From the NCBI RefSeq assembly GCF_018350175.1, contig NC_058368.1, positions 67,954,001 to 68,018,000 on the forward strand: a stretch of DNA of 64,000 nt, in the 5' to 3' direction. The translations under genes were made by a program, and so were the position numbers. The DNA is from Felis catus. Lineage: Eukaryota. Below the pieces are notes generated by a model. It was not told the origin of the DNA, made no database searches, and was given only the letters and a program-made list of their open reading frames with translations. Of the stretch, positions 24,514 through 38,109 are shown piece after piece (the stretch's first letter is position 1; the number at the start of each line of letters is the position of its first letter).

Positions 24514-24699
24514 TTTTTTTTTTTTGCCTATTTTGAGTGAAGGGGTTCAAGTATCTCCCACTCTTCCTACTTGCATCTCTTGTAATATGAAATATCTTTT
24601 CAAGTGACATAGCTTTATTCATATGTTTTACAGGGAGTGCTTTTGTTAATTTTGTTAGATCTGCCCTTCTCCATATTCTAAATTGATTATGCTTTGGTT

Positions 24700-25730
24700 T
24701 ATTAAACAATTAATCGAATATATCCTCATCTCTCTCTTTGCCTATTGGATTAGCCTGCAAGCTGGGTATGTCGTCTTCTGCAGTTTATCCCCTATCCTGT
24801 CTATCCTCAATGCTGCTACTAGGGTCATCCTCCACCCTGGCTCATGTTCTGTTTTATTCCCATCGTTTGCTGTATCGGAGGCAGAATCCTTAGCATTCAT
24901 TCAGTGGCCTGTCACAGTTCGGCTCCCACCTACTTCCAGCTACATTTCCAACAACTCCCCCCCCCCCTTTTTTAATCTTCCCTCTTATTCTGTAACAAAT
25001 TTCTGGTAAATCCGTAAGCCTTTATACTCAACTTTCCCTTTCTGCATAGATTCCTAGCCTCATCTGTATCTACTTGCTAGGACCATTTTAGTTTACTGTA
25101 TGCATTGAGATGAGATGGTTTTCGTGACTTCCCTCTTTTCTGTTTCTAAATTTCTCTATATTCCACCAGTTTTCTTTTTCTTCCACTCTTCTCAGAGGAA
25201 GAAATATCTCTTCTGTCCAATTAACGGAACTAAGGCCAAACTCTTGAATCCTTTCTCAGAAAACTTCAGTGGTTTCCCCTGTGGAGTGTACATTCCAGTG
25301 AATAAGGCTCTTTTGCTTGGCGTTCAAGGCACACCATGATTTGGTCCAAACCTGCTTTGCCAGTGTTGTCCTCAGGGTGTTCCTTCCTTCAGTGGCCCGT
25401 GCAAATGGGATTAATTCTCTGCGCTTTGCTTTGCTTTCTCCTTTGACCTGCCTGAAGCTCTTTCTTCTAAATGTCATGTTCCTCTGCCTTCTCCCTAATG
25501 ATTTGGGGCATCCAGACAAAAACTGTGTCCCAGATGAAGGCGTTTCTGATTCACCCAGTGTGCAATGCTCATGCCTCATCTGCACTCCTGGGACACTTTA
25601 TCATCACTTCTGCTGCCGTCCATAAGCTTGCTACTGGAGGAGGAGCTTCTTGGTAACAATTTATTGCTGATTCAGCTTTGCCATTTCCCCACAATGCCTA
25701 CCACACAGTCTTGTATTTAGGACATGCTGA
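24700..25730 (+). mobile_element. L2 fragments
   Basis: Pyrimidine-rich L2 motifs (tctatcctcaatgctgctactag, aaaacttcagtggtttcccc). Confidence 0.55.
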
Positions 25731-25735
25731 AAACA

Positions 25736-25885
25736 TGGGGGGGGTGAGTATTAAGGGGGGCACTTATGATGAGCACTGGGTGTTATATGTAAGTGATGAA
25801 TTACTAAATTCTACACCTGAAGCTAATATTACACTGTATGTTAATTAACTGGAACTCAAATAAAAACATGAAACTAAAAAAAAAA
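25736..25885 (+). mobile_element. Carnivore L1 3' end (L1_Carn-like), 5'-truncated
   Basis: gatgagcactgggtgttatatgtaagtgatgaattactaaattctacacctgaagctaatattacactgtatgtta followed by polyA. Confidence 0.9.
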
Positions 25886-27194
25886 TAAATGTATTTTGAA
25901 TCCATTTTTTGAGTGAATGAAATGTAAAATGAATACATTTTGAATGAATGACATCACTTATTTCCAAGCCTGAACATTTCATTAAACATTACTTATAAAG
26001 CTGCACCTATTTTAAGATGAAAATTTCTTAGAGAAACCTGCTAATTTGGCTGTTCATTAATGAACTGTGGATTGGGATGGGAATGATTAATTTCTTATTT
26101 TAGCTGGTTGGAGATGATGTGTTTAGACAATTCCTAAAATGCTCAAGTTTGTTAGATTTAAACATAGGGAAATATCTTGTTTAATAGACGTTATTCCATA
26201 GATTCTTTCTTGGTGTGCTTAAACACTAAGATGTCAGGATTTATGATGAGGTAAACAGAGGTGCGTTTGCACTTACGTGACCATGATTTTGCGTGTGCAC
26301 CTGCAAAACACGTTGTGCATAGCGGAAGGAAGGAAGGAAACGGAGAAATGGAAAATGGGAAAGGGCAAAAAACTAGTAACAAATTATTAGAAGGTTTGAT
26401 ACTAAGATGAGTATTATAAAGTGAATTTTCTCCTTAGGCTCCTTGACAAAGAACGCTAGCGCTGAGATCCAGCACACGGGTCTGTATTTGTTCATCTTAC
26501 CGAGGGTCCTCTAAGGCTGGACACTTTGCCCTCCTCTTGTGCACATTCTTTGAATCCAGAGACATCTCTAATAGTCTGCTACCTAAATCAAGATAAAGTA
26601 GCACCCAAATTGTTCTACAGCAATTGCAAAATTTTTTTATTACCGAGCTCCATTTCAACTTTATAGATATTAGTTGACCTGTCACACGAAACGAGGTTAT
26701 CGCGCTTGACCTTTGTATCCTCTGCCTATTTTAAGGGTAGAAACTAACAGCTCAGCAGAAGTGAAGCTGAGAACCTATTCTTTGTCATGGCAACTTTCAC
26801 TTCTGCCAAACACCTGGAATTGAATGGAAGAGATTTCATATTGCAGGGGGAAAAATGAAGATTAGCAATACTCTTGGAGATGAGAGAGAAACATTATTGC
26901 AAACTTTCAAGCTGTAAATTCAGTAGTGGTAGAGAAAAATATTTTTTGAAATATTTAATCTTTAAGTAAACTAAAACTTTAAACATATGCAATTCATCTA
27001 ACTCTCCTAGAAGTCTAGATGTCACGTTTTGTCGGGATATTTCTCATGGTAGGTTAAACTCCTATTAAATTCCAACCTTAATCCAGGCTCTGAAAATTCA
27101 AAGACAAAGAAGACTGTCTTTACTTGCATGGGGTTTGTAATCTGTTGGCTAAGGTAAGCAAGTAAAGCAATGATGAAAAGAGGGTAACATCCTG

Positions 27195-27310
27195 TGAACT
27201 TAAAATGGAAGACTCCCCGAGGGCAGGAATGTGTCTTACTCACTGCTGCCTTTCCCTGGCATCTAGCACAATGCCTTGTACATAGCAAAAGCTGAGTAAA
27301 TATGTGTCAG
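27195..27310 (+). mobile_element. L2 3' end
   Basis: gagggcaggaatgtgtctt...catctagcacaatgcct. Confidence 0.7.
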
Positions 27311-28214
27311 ATGTTATTTGGGATTTGGCACAGGGAGAACTTGGAGAAGTGGCATCTGATCCAGTGGAGAGAGGGTTTCCCACAGACGGTGTCACCTGAG
27401 TAAAGTTTAGAAGGGCATGTCCTTTAGAAGGAATATCACCATGCATAGAGAAATTGGATGCCAGATGGGACTGATCATGAATGGCCTTCTAAGACCATGG
27501 AACAGAGTAGGAAAAGCACAATAGCACGAGACAGCATGCAGTGGTTGTGTTGGGTGTTTAAGAGTGTAGAGGCAGCAAGTCCAAATTCTGAAAGGACATG
27601 GGGGATTAGCTAGAAATTGCACTTTGTGTGAAGGCCACCAGGGCTCCATGAAGCATTTAGTGGCATACTTAGGTTTGCATTGAAGAAAAAAATTACTGTG
27701 ACCTTTATATTTTGAAGAGTGATGGCAGTGGGATAACCCAGATCAGAACCCAAATATTCCAAACTGTGATAGGAAGAAATCTTATAGACAGAGAGAAAAT
27801 TTGTAGAACTCTGACATCAGTGGGCGAGGCTGGTTTATCTTTCGTGAAAAAACAGTTTAGAGAAGGTAAATATTTATTGACTATTTATCTAGGGTCTTTT
27901 TAACAAGTCACTTTTGGTTTCATATATATATATATAATATGCCTCAGTGTGTTTAGAAAATAATCACATTTGCTGCATTAGGTTGCAAAACTGAAATTTA
28001 ATTAATGGTGAAAAAGCGATCATTTAATTTACTTTGAAAGATTTTTAATATTAGCAAAACTATAATAACTTCATGAGAAATATATTTTAGAATGTTGACT
28101 GGACTATACTTTGCATAGATGTTGATAAATACCAGAAGCATCATTAGAGAGAGGTCATTGACTCTAGTGTTCTAGAGGAAAGAGATACTTGTTTTTTCTG
28201 TGCAGTGGTTCTCA

Positions 28215-28352
28215 AGTACATCTCCGATTAACTTTCTCTTCCACATGGGAAAATTTTTGAGAGCGAAGGAGTGTTCTGCTAATTATTATGCTGGAAAAGA
28301 GGTGTTAACTGAGGCAGTCCCTGGCCAAACCAAGACGTCTGGCCATCTCTAA
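28215..28352. mobile_element. hAT-Blackjack MER94-like
   Basis: gggaaaatttttgagagcgaagg...taattattatgctgg...gtccctggccaaaccaagacgtctggccatctcta. Confidence 0.65.
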
Positions 28353-28939
28353 GAACAACCGTATAGCATTAGAAATATATATATATTTTATTTGGTATAT
28401 TTGTTATTCACAATGTTTGCTTTTTAAAAATCCTCTCCAATATACAAATTAAGCAGAACATAAAATAACTCACTATAAACTTTGCCTTTACAGTAGACCT
28501 TGGTCCAAAACACTTTGGCAATAGGAAAGACAAAAGGGAAAAAAAAAACATGTATTGGTTATCTTGCACTTAAACATTAAGCAATAAGATGATCTAGAAA
28601 GAATTTTTAAACTCTGTAAGACAGATCCAAGTATATAGATTGTAGATGGGTAGCATGGGGGTAGCACATAGTACAATGCAAAAAGCTTTGGTCTGTCAGC
28701 TAAAGACTTGAGTTCTGGTCCTGGATCTTTTTTTTTTTTTTTCTCACTTTGTGACCCTGAGACAATACTTCACCCCTCTGAACCTCAGTTATCTTCTTTG
28801 TCCTTCAAATGAGAGTTGAAATTCACAAAATTTTCCAAAATTAGGAAAAGGGTCCAGTTTTTTCACTGATGGAAGAAACACATGCCAAACTATTTATAGC
28901 AGTTGAGGCTCATCAAGGTGACAAGTGTAAGAAAAAGAA

Positions 28940-29560
28940 AACATCACAATATTACATGGCAGTGGGTATTGTGGTTTACTGATGGTGGAGGTATAAATTG
29001 ATAAATCCACTCAGGAGGGCAATCTAGCAATATGTGTCGAAAGCCGCAAAATTAAAAAAAAAACAAAAAAACTTTTTCCATGCTTTTTGATTTCGCAATT
29101 CCCTTTCTAAGAATTTACCATGGGGAAGTAATCAGATTGTCATAGAGAGATCTATGCACAGGGAGATCTATTGTCTAGTTATTTATAACAGCATAGCAAC
29201 TTGAGGGAAATGTCTAGTGTGAAGGGACTGATTAAATAACTTATGGCATAAGCAGCTGATGATAAAATTATGTAGTCTTTTCAAAGTATACTCTTGAAGA
29301 TTATTTAAGGGTGTAAGTAAATGCTTTTGAAAAGTTGTTAAATAGATAAATGGCTCACAAAATTGCATAGGTAGTATGATAATTACTTTGCAAAAAAAGT
29401 GCCTATATCATATGAAAAAGAATGAAATTTATACATGAGATTTATACATAATGACTACAAGAGTAAATAGCAAAATGTTAACAGTAGCTATTGCAGTGTT
29501 GTGAGATTAGAGGGAACTTTTGCTTTCTTCTTTATTATTTTATTTGGAAATATTCTTCAA
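28940..29560 (+). mobile_element. Old L1 (L1ME-like) 3' region
   Basis: ctgatggtggagg.tataaattg...ggagggcaatctagcaata...gcaattccctttctaagaattta. Confidence 0.7.
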
Positions 29561-29697
29561 GGAAATGATTATGTATTTTACAAAGGACAATAATTGTTAT
29601 ATAATAGTTTTGAATTCAAAAATGTTGCTAAACTAGATAACTTATAGTGCCAGCTCTTGTTCCAAGGTTCTAATAATCCCATGATTTTATCTTAGAA

Positions 29698-29910
29698 CAC
29701 GGTTTGGCAAACTACCGCCTTCAGACCTAATTGGGCCTGCTACCTGATTTTGGAAATGAAGTTTTATTGAAACACAGGTTCGCCCATCCATGGACATATT
29801 ACTTATGGCTATTTTCATGCCACAGTGGTAGAATTGAATAGTTGTGATAGCCCACAGAAGCTAGAATATTTATTATCTGACCCTCTACAGAAAATGTTTT
29901 CTGATCTGTA
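29698..29910. mobile_element. hAT-Charlie MITE MER58A
   Basis: ca.gg.ttggcaaacta...aagttttattgaaacacag...tatttattatctgaccctctacagaaaa; 8-bp TSD tcttagaa / ttctagaa. Confidence 0.88.
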
Positions 29911-31631
29911 TTCTAGAAGGTTGAGTTGGAAATGTCTATCATTTTAAAAACACACTAATTCAGTTAAAATATAGTTTAATGTCATACTTTCAGGTAAATT
30001 TTAATGCCTCAAATTCTGCAAAGACGTATACTTTATTTAAATGATTTTGTGAATAGTAAATTCCCAGGACCAGGAAAGAGCAAGATTCAACTTGGCTCTC
30101 TTCTATTGAGAAACCAGAGAAGTTTGGCGATCTGGGCCTTTTCTCATTCTGTGCCCTGACCTTATGGGCCTCACACTGTTATTTCCAGTCTAGTTTTGTG
30201 GGAAGGAAAAGGAACTATTATTGTTTTTGTTTTTGTTTTTTGGCCAAATGGTTGGCCCACTATCCAGCTAAAGGTGAAATATTGTCTCATTTCAGTAACA
30301 CATGTTTATTGAATGAGGCACTTTTGTGGGCTGCTGTGGAAGATGACTGAAGAATTCCTGATCTTGAGGAACAGGAGCAAAATAGACAGGGAGGCACGTT
30401 CTGGATAAGGGGAGAATCAAAGTGCCGGTATGGCACGGGTAGGACATCTGAGAATTGAGGGGAAATGGTGGTCTGGGGGAAGATGAAAAAGTGAGAGTGA
30501 AGTACATGATAAATCTGTGAAAGAACTGAGTCAGGGTTTTGTATTTATTTAGCCATGGTTTTTCCCCCCCACTTTGTTTTATAATATTTTATCAGATTCA
30601 CCTAAGATTTTAATTAATAGAACTAGGAAGATTTAACTTCAAAATGTGACTTGCAGCTTTCAAAGGTATTCAACTTTGAAAAATAGTTTTCTACTTAATG
30701 TCAATTCCACTCTGATTGACCCTCATAGTGGAATTATATTGGTTGGTGGCTTATTTTCAGGGTGGAGTTGCATCTCATCCAGAACAGCAAACAGCAAAGA
30801 GAACTAGAGTCTTCTGTGCTTCTAAATGCTTTCTCTTTTATTCTCCAGTAGACATTTATTTTATTAAAAATGTGATTAGATTTGAGGAGCACTACATTAT
30901 TTGTTATACATTAGTGCCAAGGTCTCCTCAAGTGACCATCTAATGGAGATCTGCCTTAGTTAATGATAATGATCAGAGGTGCAGGGTTGATCTTTCTGGA
31001 GCTGGGGGTGTCTTCGAAGGGCACTGTAAACTCCTTGATTGCCTGGGGGAGACGACAGAGAATACCACACACAATTTGGAAGGCTTCCAAGCTCAACTGC
31101 ATGAGAGTCATTACTTGATGTTTTTCTAATGATTTTCCTGCCCTGAGTTTTCCATATTTCTATCCTTTCACATTTATTGAATTATCAGGAGATCAGAGGT
31201 ATCTAATAATTCCTCTGAAGTAAATTCCCATTTCTAGATTGTGGGCATTGCGTACCTGGATCTTATTATGGCTGGAAAACCTAATGGCTTTTTTATTTGG
31301 AAACAAAATTATGGGAACACTATTGACAACAATAAACTTGTTGTCAAATAATATTATTCATATTTGCTTGATATATTTATAAATATTTCTGAAAAATCCA
31401 TATTTATTCCCTAAGTTAACATTTATTTTTAAAATATTTCATGAATGTTTTAAGTTTCATATTTGATAGGTAATATATTTTGATAGCAAATTTTTGTTGA
31501 AATACAAAGAACATATGAAATGCATCATTTATGGAATTTTCTAATTTGCATTCTTTATGCTTCTCATCAAATTTTGGACAGCTCTGTATTTTCACAAATT
31601 ATATTTAAGTAGAGGATCAGTATAGACTGAG

Positions 31632-31633
<2 letters not shown>

Positions 31634-31677
<44 letters not shown>
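31634..31677. repeat. (AT)22 microsatellite
   Basis: Directly counted. Confidence 0.97.
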
Positions 31678-31680
<3 letters not shown>

Positions 31681-32972
31681 CATACAGAATTTCTTATATA
31701 CATGAAAATGAAAATGAAAATAATGTGTGTTCTTTTATATTACTATATTACTATAGAATAATATATAACTAATTTTAGAATCTAATGCTGGGTCTTGTGT
31801 AAAAGTTTAATATCTTTATCTTGTTAAAGTTTAATGTCTTTAACAACTGATACAGATAAAAGTAGTTATTAGTGATCTGTAGTGCAATCTACATATATCC
31901 CACAAGAATATACATAATATAAACCAATTTATAATTGGTTCAAGATTGGTTTGTTACTTGCCTTGCTGTGAAATGCTATCTGGTTCCTGGTTAACTCTTC
32001 CCCGTTAAGTGAAAACGAGTCCACATTCGTTTTGCTTCATATGATCTGTCTGAAGGTGAATTAAACACTGTTTCTCTTCGAATGAAAGAGCTAGTTAGTA
32101 GTTTATCCTTTCAGGAGGACCAGAAGGGTCTTGTTGACTGAGTCAGTGTCTCCATTTGGGAAGTGCGTATGCTCGCTCTGCACATATGCTCTGCCTGCTC
32201 AGTGTTCAAGTCGATGGTTTCTTTTTGTGTTTTAGGATTTCTGTCAGGAAGTGTTTAACCCTGTAAATAAGGTCTTTGCTTTGAAGAAAAAAAAAATGTT
32301 ACCTCCCTATGAAACTGGATTCTAGTATGATAAGAAATCTTGACTTTAACAAATAATTTTTTGTCATCATCATCATTTATACCAAACAGCTTTTGAAACT
32401 GTTTCTACCAGACAGCCTTATCTGGAGCTGGTCCTGGGCTGGGAACAAAGTAGACAGGCAGCATTGATTCAAATAAATACAAGGAAGATGCAGACGGCTC
32501 AATCAATGTTAAAATTAAAAATGCGTATGCCAAATAGATGATTTAATAGCATTATAACACTCAGGGGAATAATTATATAGGAAAGGGTGGTAGTAAGTGG
32601 TAGGAAGCCATAAAATTTGTTAGTCTTCTACATTCAATTAGTCTGGAGAGGCTTTAAGAAAGCGGAGGGATTTTAAGATATGCTTCAGTGGAAGAAAATG
32701 CTCTCTCTAATATCGTATTTTGGGAAGGAAATTACTTTTCCCATATTTTGCCTGCATTCATAATCTTGGGCAAATATTTGGACACATGGCCTTCCTGAAT
32801 CTCCGGAACTGAGGGAGCAATATCCATACATTTCTGCAAATAATAGGAGAAATGATTAGATGTTGTTTCCTGGAAACATTGAAAATAACTTATCTTGCTG
32901 GAAGTTGGTAATATCCTAATTGTGGACATTTTGGGACACTATAGACAGGTTTTCAAAACAGTACTTTTTTCC

Positions 32973-33172
32973 GGGACACCTGGATAGCTCAGTCAGTTCA
33001 GTATCTAACTCTTGATTTCGGCTCCGTTCATGATCTTGTGGTTTGTGGGATTGAGCCCCGCATTGGCCTCAGCACTGACAACGGGGAGCCTGCCTGGAAT
33101 TCTCCCTCTCTCCTCTCCCTCTGTCCCTCCCTCCACTCGTACTCTCTGTCTCAAAATAAATAAATAAACGTA
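32973..33172 (+). mobile_element. Carnivore SINE (older SINEC)
   Basis: gggacacctggatagctcagtc head, (CT)-rich body, aaaataaataaataaac tail; degenerate TSD. Confidence 0.92.
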
Positions 33173-35214
33173 AAGAATAGTAGTTTTTTGTTTTATTACA
33201 CGTGTGTCACGAGTCTGTTAAAAAAAGAAACTGCTAAGGTATACTTATTAACATAATACATTAGATATGTTTGAGATTATTCCTGAGGATGTGGTGTCCA
33301 TTAATGTTGTTCCTCTGACTGATTTCTTGTGACATAGGAAGTGTTTTAATTTATTATATTTTCAGTGATTCAAAATTCCTATAATAAGATAGCTCCTTCA
33401 ATGGGCAGTGTATATCATATGATTTTGAATTTGTGATACAGAATGGGAGTTAATAAAATAAAATTTATCTCCAAGAACAAACTCCTACTTCATATACATA
33501 TTTTCTTAATATACTTTATATGTGCTGCTGCAAGAATGCTGTAATTTGCTTTTTGAAATTATAGCTCTTCACGATGAGAGGGAAGCTTGATTTGATTAAT
33601 TATGCTTACAAGCTGTTAGAGAGGGGGGAAAAAGAAAACGGTTTTGACTTTAGTTTTTGCATAATTGCTGCTTTTTGGATTTACATTACTTCCATCAGTT
33701 GTTGAGAAATGAAGAACTAATTTATTTTAAAGAAAGAGATAAGATGAAGAGTCGAGGGTATCAACACCGAGAAGTAATGACATTTAACTCCAACTTTAAT
33801 ATGGTGATCAGCAAGATGAGAGAAAGCATTTATTAAAATGTTAGTGTTGTACTTTATAGATATTTTTCAATCTTTAAGAAAATAGTTATTCTTATATTTA
33901 GTGGACTGATTTACTGAACTGACAACATTAGACGTTACATTAAAAGGAACACAATCGATTCCCTATGTATTGCTTCATTGAAAGCCTTTGTGATGATCTT
34001 CGAATGTGGTATTCATTATCTTACTAGAATGGTAATTGAGATTCATTTAAGTTCTTCTTAGTCAAATAATTATAATCAGACAGAAAATATTTATTGCTGG
34101 TACCAAGACAATGCTGTAGATGGAAGCATTAGGAAAACAGAAAATATAAGGCACAGGAGTTGTAGACAGTTTAAATATTGGACCTTGAAAGTCATTAAAA
34201 TAATCAACATGGCTTCCTTTTCTCTGTCTATAATTCATTAGTAGGTATTGCAGCAGGCAGCAGACTTATGGAAGACAGGGCAAGGCATTTAAATACGTGT
34301 TACCGGCTCTGGGAAATTAGAGGTGAGGTAATTTCTGAGGTGCCATTTTCATTCCTGTTTCCATTTCTGCTCCATTCCATTCTTATTCCTTTCTTCCTGT
34401 ACTCTTAAGTCTGGGATCCAGCAAGAACCCCTCTCAACAGCCATGTGTGGTTAAGATTAGCTTGTTCTTTTCAAGTTCACAGCTTCATAAATATGCATGC
34501 TATTCTGGGAAGCAAAGATTCTGTCCATGACAATTTGCCGCTTGCATGATATAGTCTGTTACAATGGGGAAATTGCATACACATGTTGACTGAAGAGAGT
34601 TTCACTGATAGGAAATTAAGGAATTTCCTGGGAAGATTAGGAAAATTAGCCTTTGTCTAGAGGGAAAGAAAGAAAAATTATATTTGGCATGTTTCTCCTG
34701 TATTTGTACAAAATATTTACACAGTCTTCCACTATAGGAAAACTAATTTAAAATATTTTCTAAGTGAATTTTCTGATCAAACATACACTCGGCATAGTTG
34801 GCAAATATTTATTTTTCTCAAGTTTTATTCTAATATTGTTTCAGGTTAGATGCTGGGATGCTTAGAACTTTGATCTACTCTTTGCATTTATCACCTTCTG
34901 GTTTTATTATTTGTTTTTCTTACATAGTCATACATTTCTGAGGGAGACAGCATTGATTTTAGCACTTGCTTGATTCCATGCTGAGCCTGGCACGTAGATA
35001 GTGCTCAGTAAGTACTGTTTAATTGAAAGATGATAGACAACATTAGCGATGCTCAAAATGACTGGACACATCATTTTTAACTGTAATAAAAATGTAAATG
35101 TAACATTTTTTAGAAATTGGTGCTAACTTATTTTTAAAAAATATTCATTGAATTCCCATTCTAAGTAAGATTACTTCCTTTAGCAACAACATTTTCACGT
35201 ATACTTGGATACTT

Positions 35215-35369
35215 AAACAAGTTCTGTGGTCCACTGGGGCTCCATAGGTAGGTAATACAAATTCTTTGAAATAGTTTGCAAAATTGCATGCATGTGTTTT
35301 TCTGGAGAGGGGATCAAAGCTTTTATTAGATTCTCAAAGAAGCCTGTGACTTAAGATTAAAAATAACTG
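35215..35369. mobile_element. hAT MER103C-like
   Basis: ttttctggagagggg..aaagcttttattagattctcaaag..gcctgtgac...ttaaaaataactg. Confidence 0.7.
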
Positions 35370-35719
35370 AGTTAAAGAGTAGTTATTTTGGTGAAAAGTC
35401 CAGATTTTGTCAGTTATCACGTTCTCTTTGTACTTTATCATTTGAATTAAATTTTGGTAAAAAAAAATGAAATAAGGACATATGTTCCTATTCGACACTG
35501 TATTTTATATTTAAAAATTTTTAAATACATCAATGTCCTTATTTTTAGCTATAATAAGACTTTAAATGAGAGGAATATTAAAATCAATAGTTAAAATGTT
35601 AAGTGGAAAAGTAGGTTACAAAACACATATATATGAATAAATTATATTAACTTTGTTAATTTCATTCAAATGGTTTTATTATCTATTTTAGTTTATTTAT
35701 TGCTATCGTTGCGTGCGTT

Positions 35720-36230
35720 AGTTACTGAAAGACCTCTGTTAAAAATCTAATATAATGAATCTTCTAAATTCTCTTATTAGTTCTGTCAAATATTGCTTTA
35801 TTTATTTGGACTTTATGTTATTAGCTATATACAAGTTTAGAATTATTACATCTTCTTGGAGGATTGCATCTTTTAGCATTATGTACTTATTTTTCATTAA
35901 AAGTTCTTATTGTCTTCAAATGTAAAGACATTTTAAGTTACTGTGAGTTTAATATAAATAGCAATATCCTTTTTCTTTTGGGTAATGTTTGCTTATAGAC
36001 TGCTTTCCATCTCGGTTACTGGGAACTGGCAAGTACTTTAGGGTACTTGCTAGATTGAGAGCCTGCTTATCACCTTGGATTCTTGCTCTTGCTTTCTACT
36101 ATCTTCTTGAGATTTACTTCATTTTCTTATTGTCATGCAAGCCCAGCCATGCACTAGAATGGACTTTTGAAAAAGAATTTTCTCCAACATTTTAAGCAAG
36201 TTTACTTTATTTGCTGTATTGTGAGAAACA
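35720..36230 (-). mobile_element. Old L1 fragment
   Basis: ttctgtcaaatattgctttat...tacaagtttagaattattacatcttcttgg, antisense L1 ORF2 start region. Confidence 0.6.
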
Positions 36231-37142
36231 AATTCTCCTCCATTGTCTACCTGTTTAGACCCTTATCATTCTTAAATGCTCTAAACCTACTTTTTTAGAG
36301 AGATCTTCTGTTAGACAAAATTAATCATCCCTTCCTCTGGATTTCCCCATATTATTTATACTTCCACTTAGCACTGATTTCATTTGACCATAGTCAATTC
36401 TCATTTATACATCTTAGCTCATGCAACTCTTCTGTGCTTGTGCCCACCCAGCAAGATCTTCTCTCTTTCTGCGCATCTTCCAAAATGCCATAGATTTTTC
36501 CTAAGTCTGGTATAAATTTCATGTCCTGCCTGATGGTTTCAGATATTCTGCTCCTCACTGATGTATTCTATTTCTGAACTCCTATTACTTTCTTACCTAA
36601 TGTCACAGAAATAGCACCTTATGGTTCGTATCTCGCCTTGTTCTCTTGTCCTGATTTTGTCCTCATCTTGTCCTAGTTTTTTGATGTACCCATATAGAAA
36701 CCAAGAAGAGGTTAACATATTTTTGTTCTGTCACACCCAGATGTCAGCTGAAGTCTCCGTGTCTCTTTAATTACAGGTAAGATTGACTTGAACCACCACT
36801 GCACACTGAGCATGTGTCCAAAACCCTCTCCAAGCTTTTTGGCCTTTTCCAGGCTGGAGTAGAGGTATGGTTCTTAAATTCACCCCTGTCTCCAATCTCC
36901 TGTTCTCATAGGATTATATGTTTATGGGCCATATTTATATATTGTGCTTGCTGTTTTTGTTCTCCCCGCATCAACCCAGGTATGAAATTCATTCTCTTAC
37001 TCAATTTCCACAAGAAAACTCACTCACATGTAGTTCTTGTCTATAATACATTTTACTAAGATATTGGGAAATGTGCATCCAGCAATGCAAGTAAATTTAA
37101 CTTTATTATTTTCCATATCTTTTCTTAAAAATCACTCTTCTA

Positions 37143-37354
37143 AGGGTGCGTGGGTGGCTCAGTTGGTTAAGCATCCGACTTCAGCTCAGGTCATGATCTC
37201 ACAGTCGTGGGTTCGAGCCCCACATTGGGCTGTGTGCTGACAGCTAGGAGCCTGGAGCCTGCTTTGGATTCTGTGTCTCCTAATTTCTCCCCCTGCTCGT
37301 GCTCTGTCTCTCTCTTTCTCTCTCTCAAAGATAAACAAACATTAAAAAATTTTA
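37143..37354 (+). mobile_element. Felid SINE (SINEC_Fc type)
   Basis: TSD aaaaatcactcttcta (37127-37142) / aaaaaccactcttcta (37355-37370). Confidence 0.95.
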
Positions 37355-38109
37355 AAAAACCACTCTTCTACTCCATTATCAGGAATAGTGTTCTTGAACA
37401 CCTTCACCCCAAACGTTGCTCCAGCCTTACCTCAGCTTCTTGGCTCCTCTCCTTTCCCCAACCCTTCTCCTAATACCCTTAATTTAAAGAAATTATTTCT
37501 AATGCTAAGTATTAGAAAAAGTTTTCTCTTCCCTTCTGCATATCCACACTCCCAGATTCTCACTAATCCATCAAGTAACCTATCAAGGTATTTTCCTAAA
37601 TCCAAATCCCTAGGGCAGCTGTTTATTCACTGCTGTCCTAACTCAAGAATATGTTCTTCCAGCAACTCAAAGCTAACTCTCTTACAAACCCTCCTGTAGC
37701 AATGTGGTCATCAGGAGGTAAGAACTCAGGTGGCAGGATGCAGCTGGTGCTAGTTATTTCTGGTGGCATGATTGAGCAGGAGAAAAGAACTATATAGCAT
37801 TGTTTGTTTTTAGCATTTTCTTACTTAGCTCTACTTGTTTTCTGAAACTGGTGCTGTACCTTTTGTTTGTTCTAAGCATTCAGAGGTAAGAAAAACTGAA
37901 ATAGCTCTACAAAAAATGGCTTTTTTTTTCTTGGAGAGGGTATATGAAGGTGGGGTGCAGGGGAAGAGGAAGAAAGAGAGTAATGGAGAATGATTTGCTT
38001 CACGTCTTTGAAATCATGCAACTCAATAGTTCATGGATTCAGTAGTACATGGGTTCATTAGACTGGGCTCGTTTATCTAATGTTTATTTCAAAGAGGCAA
38101 ATCAGTCTA

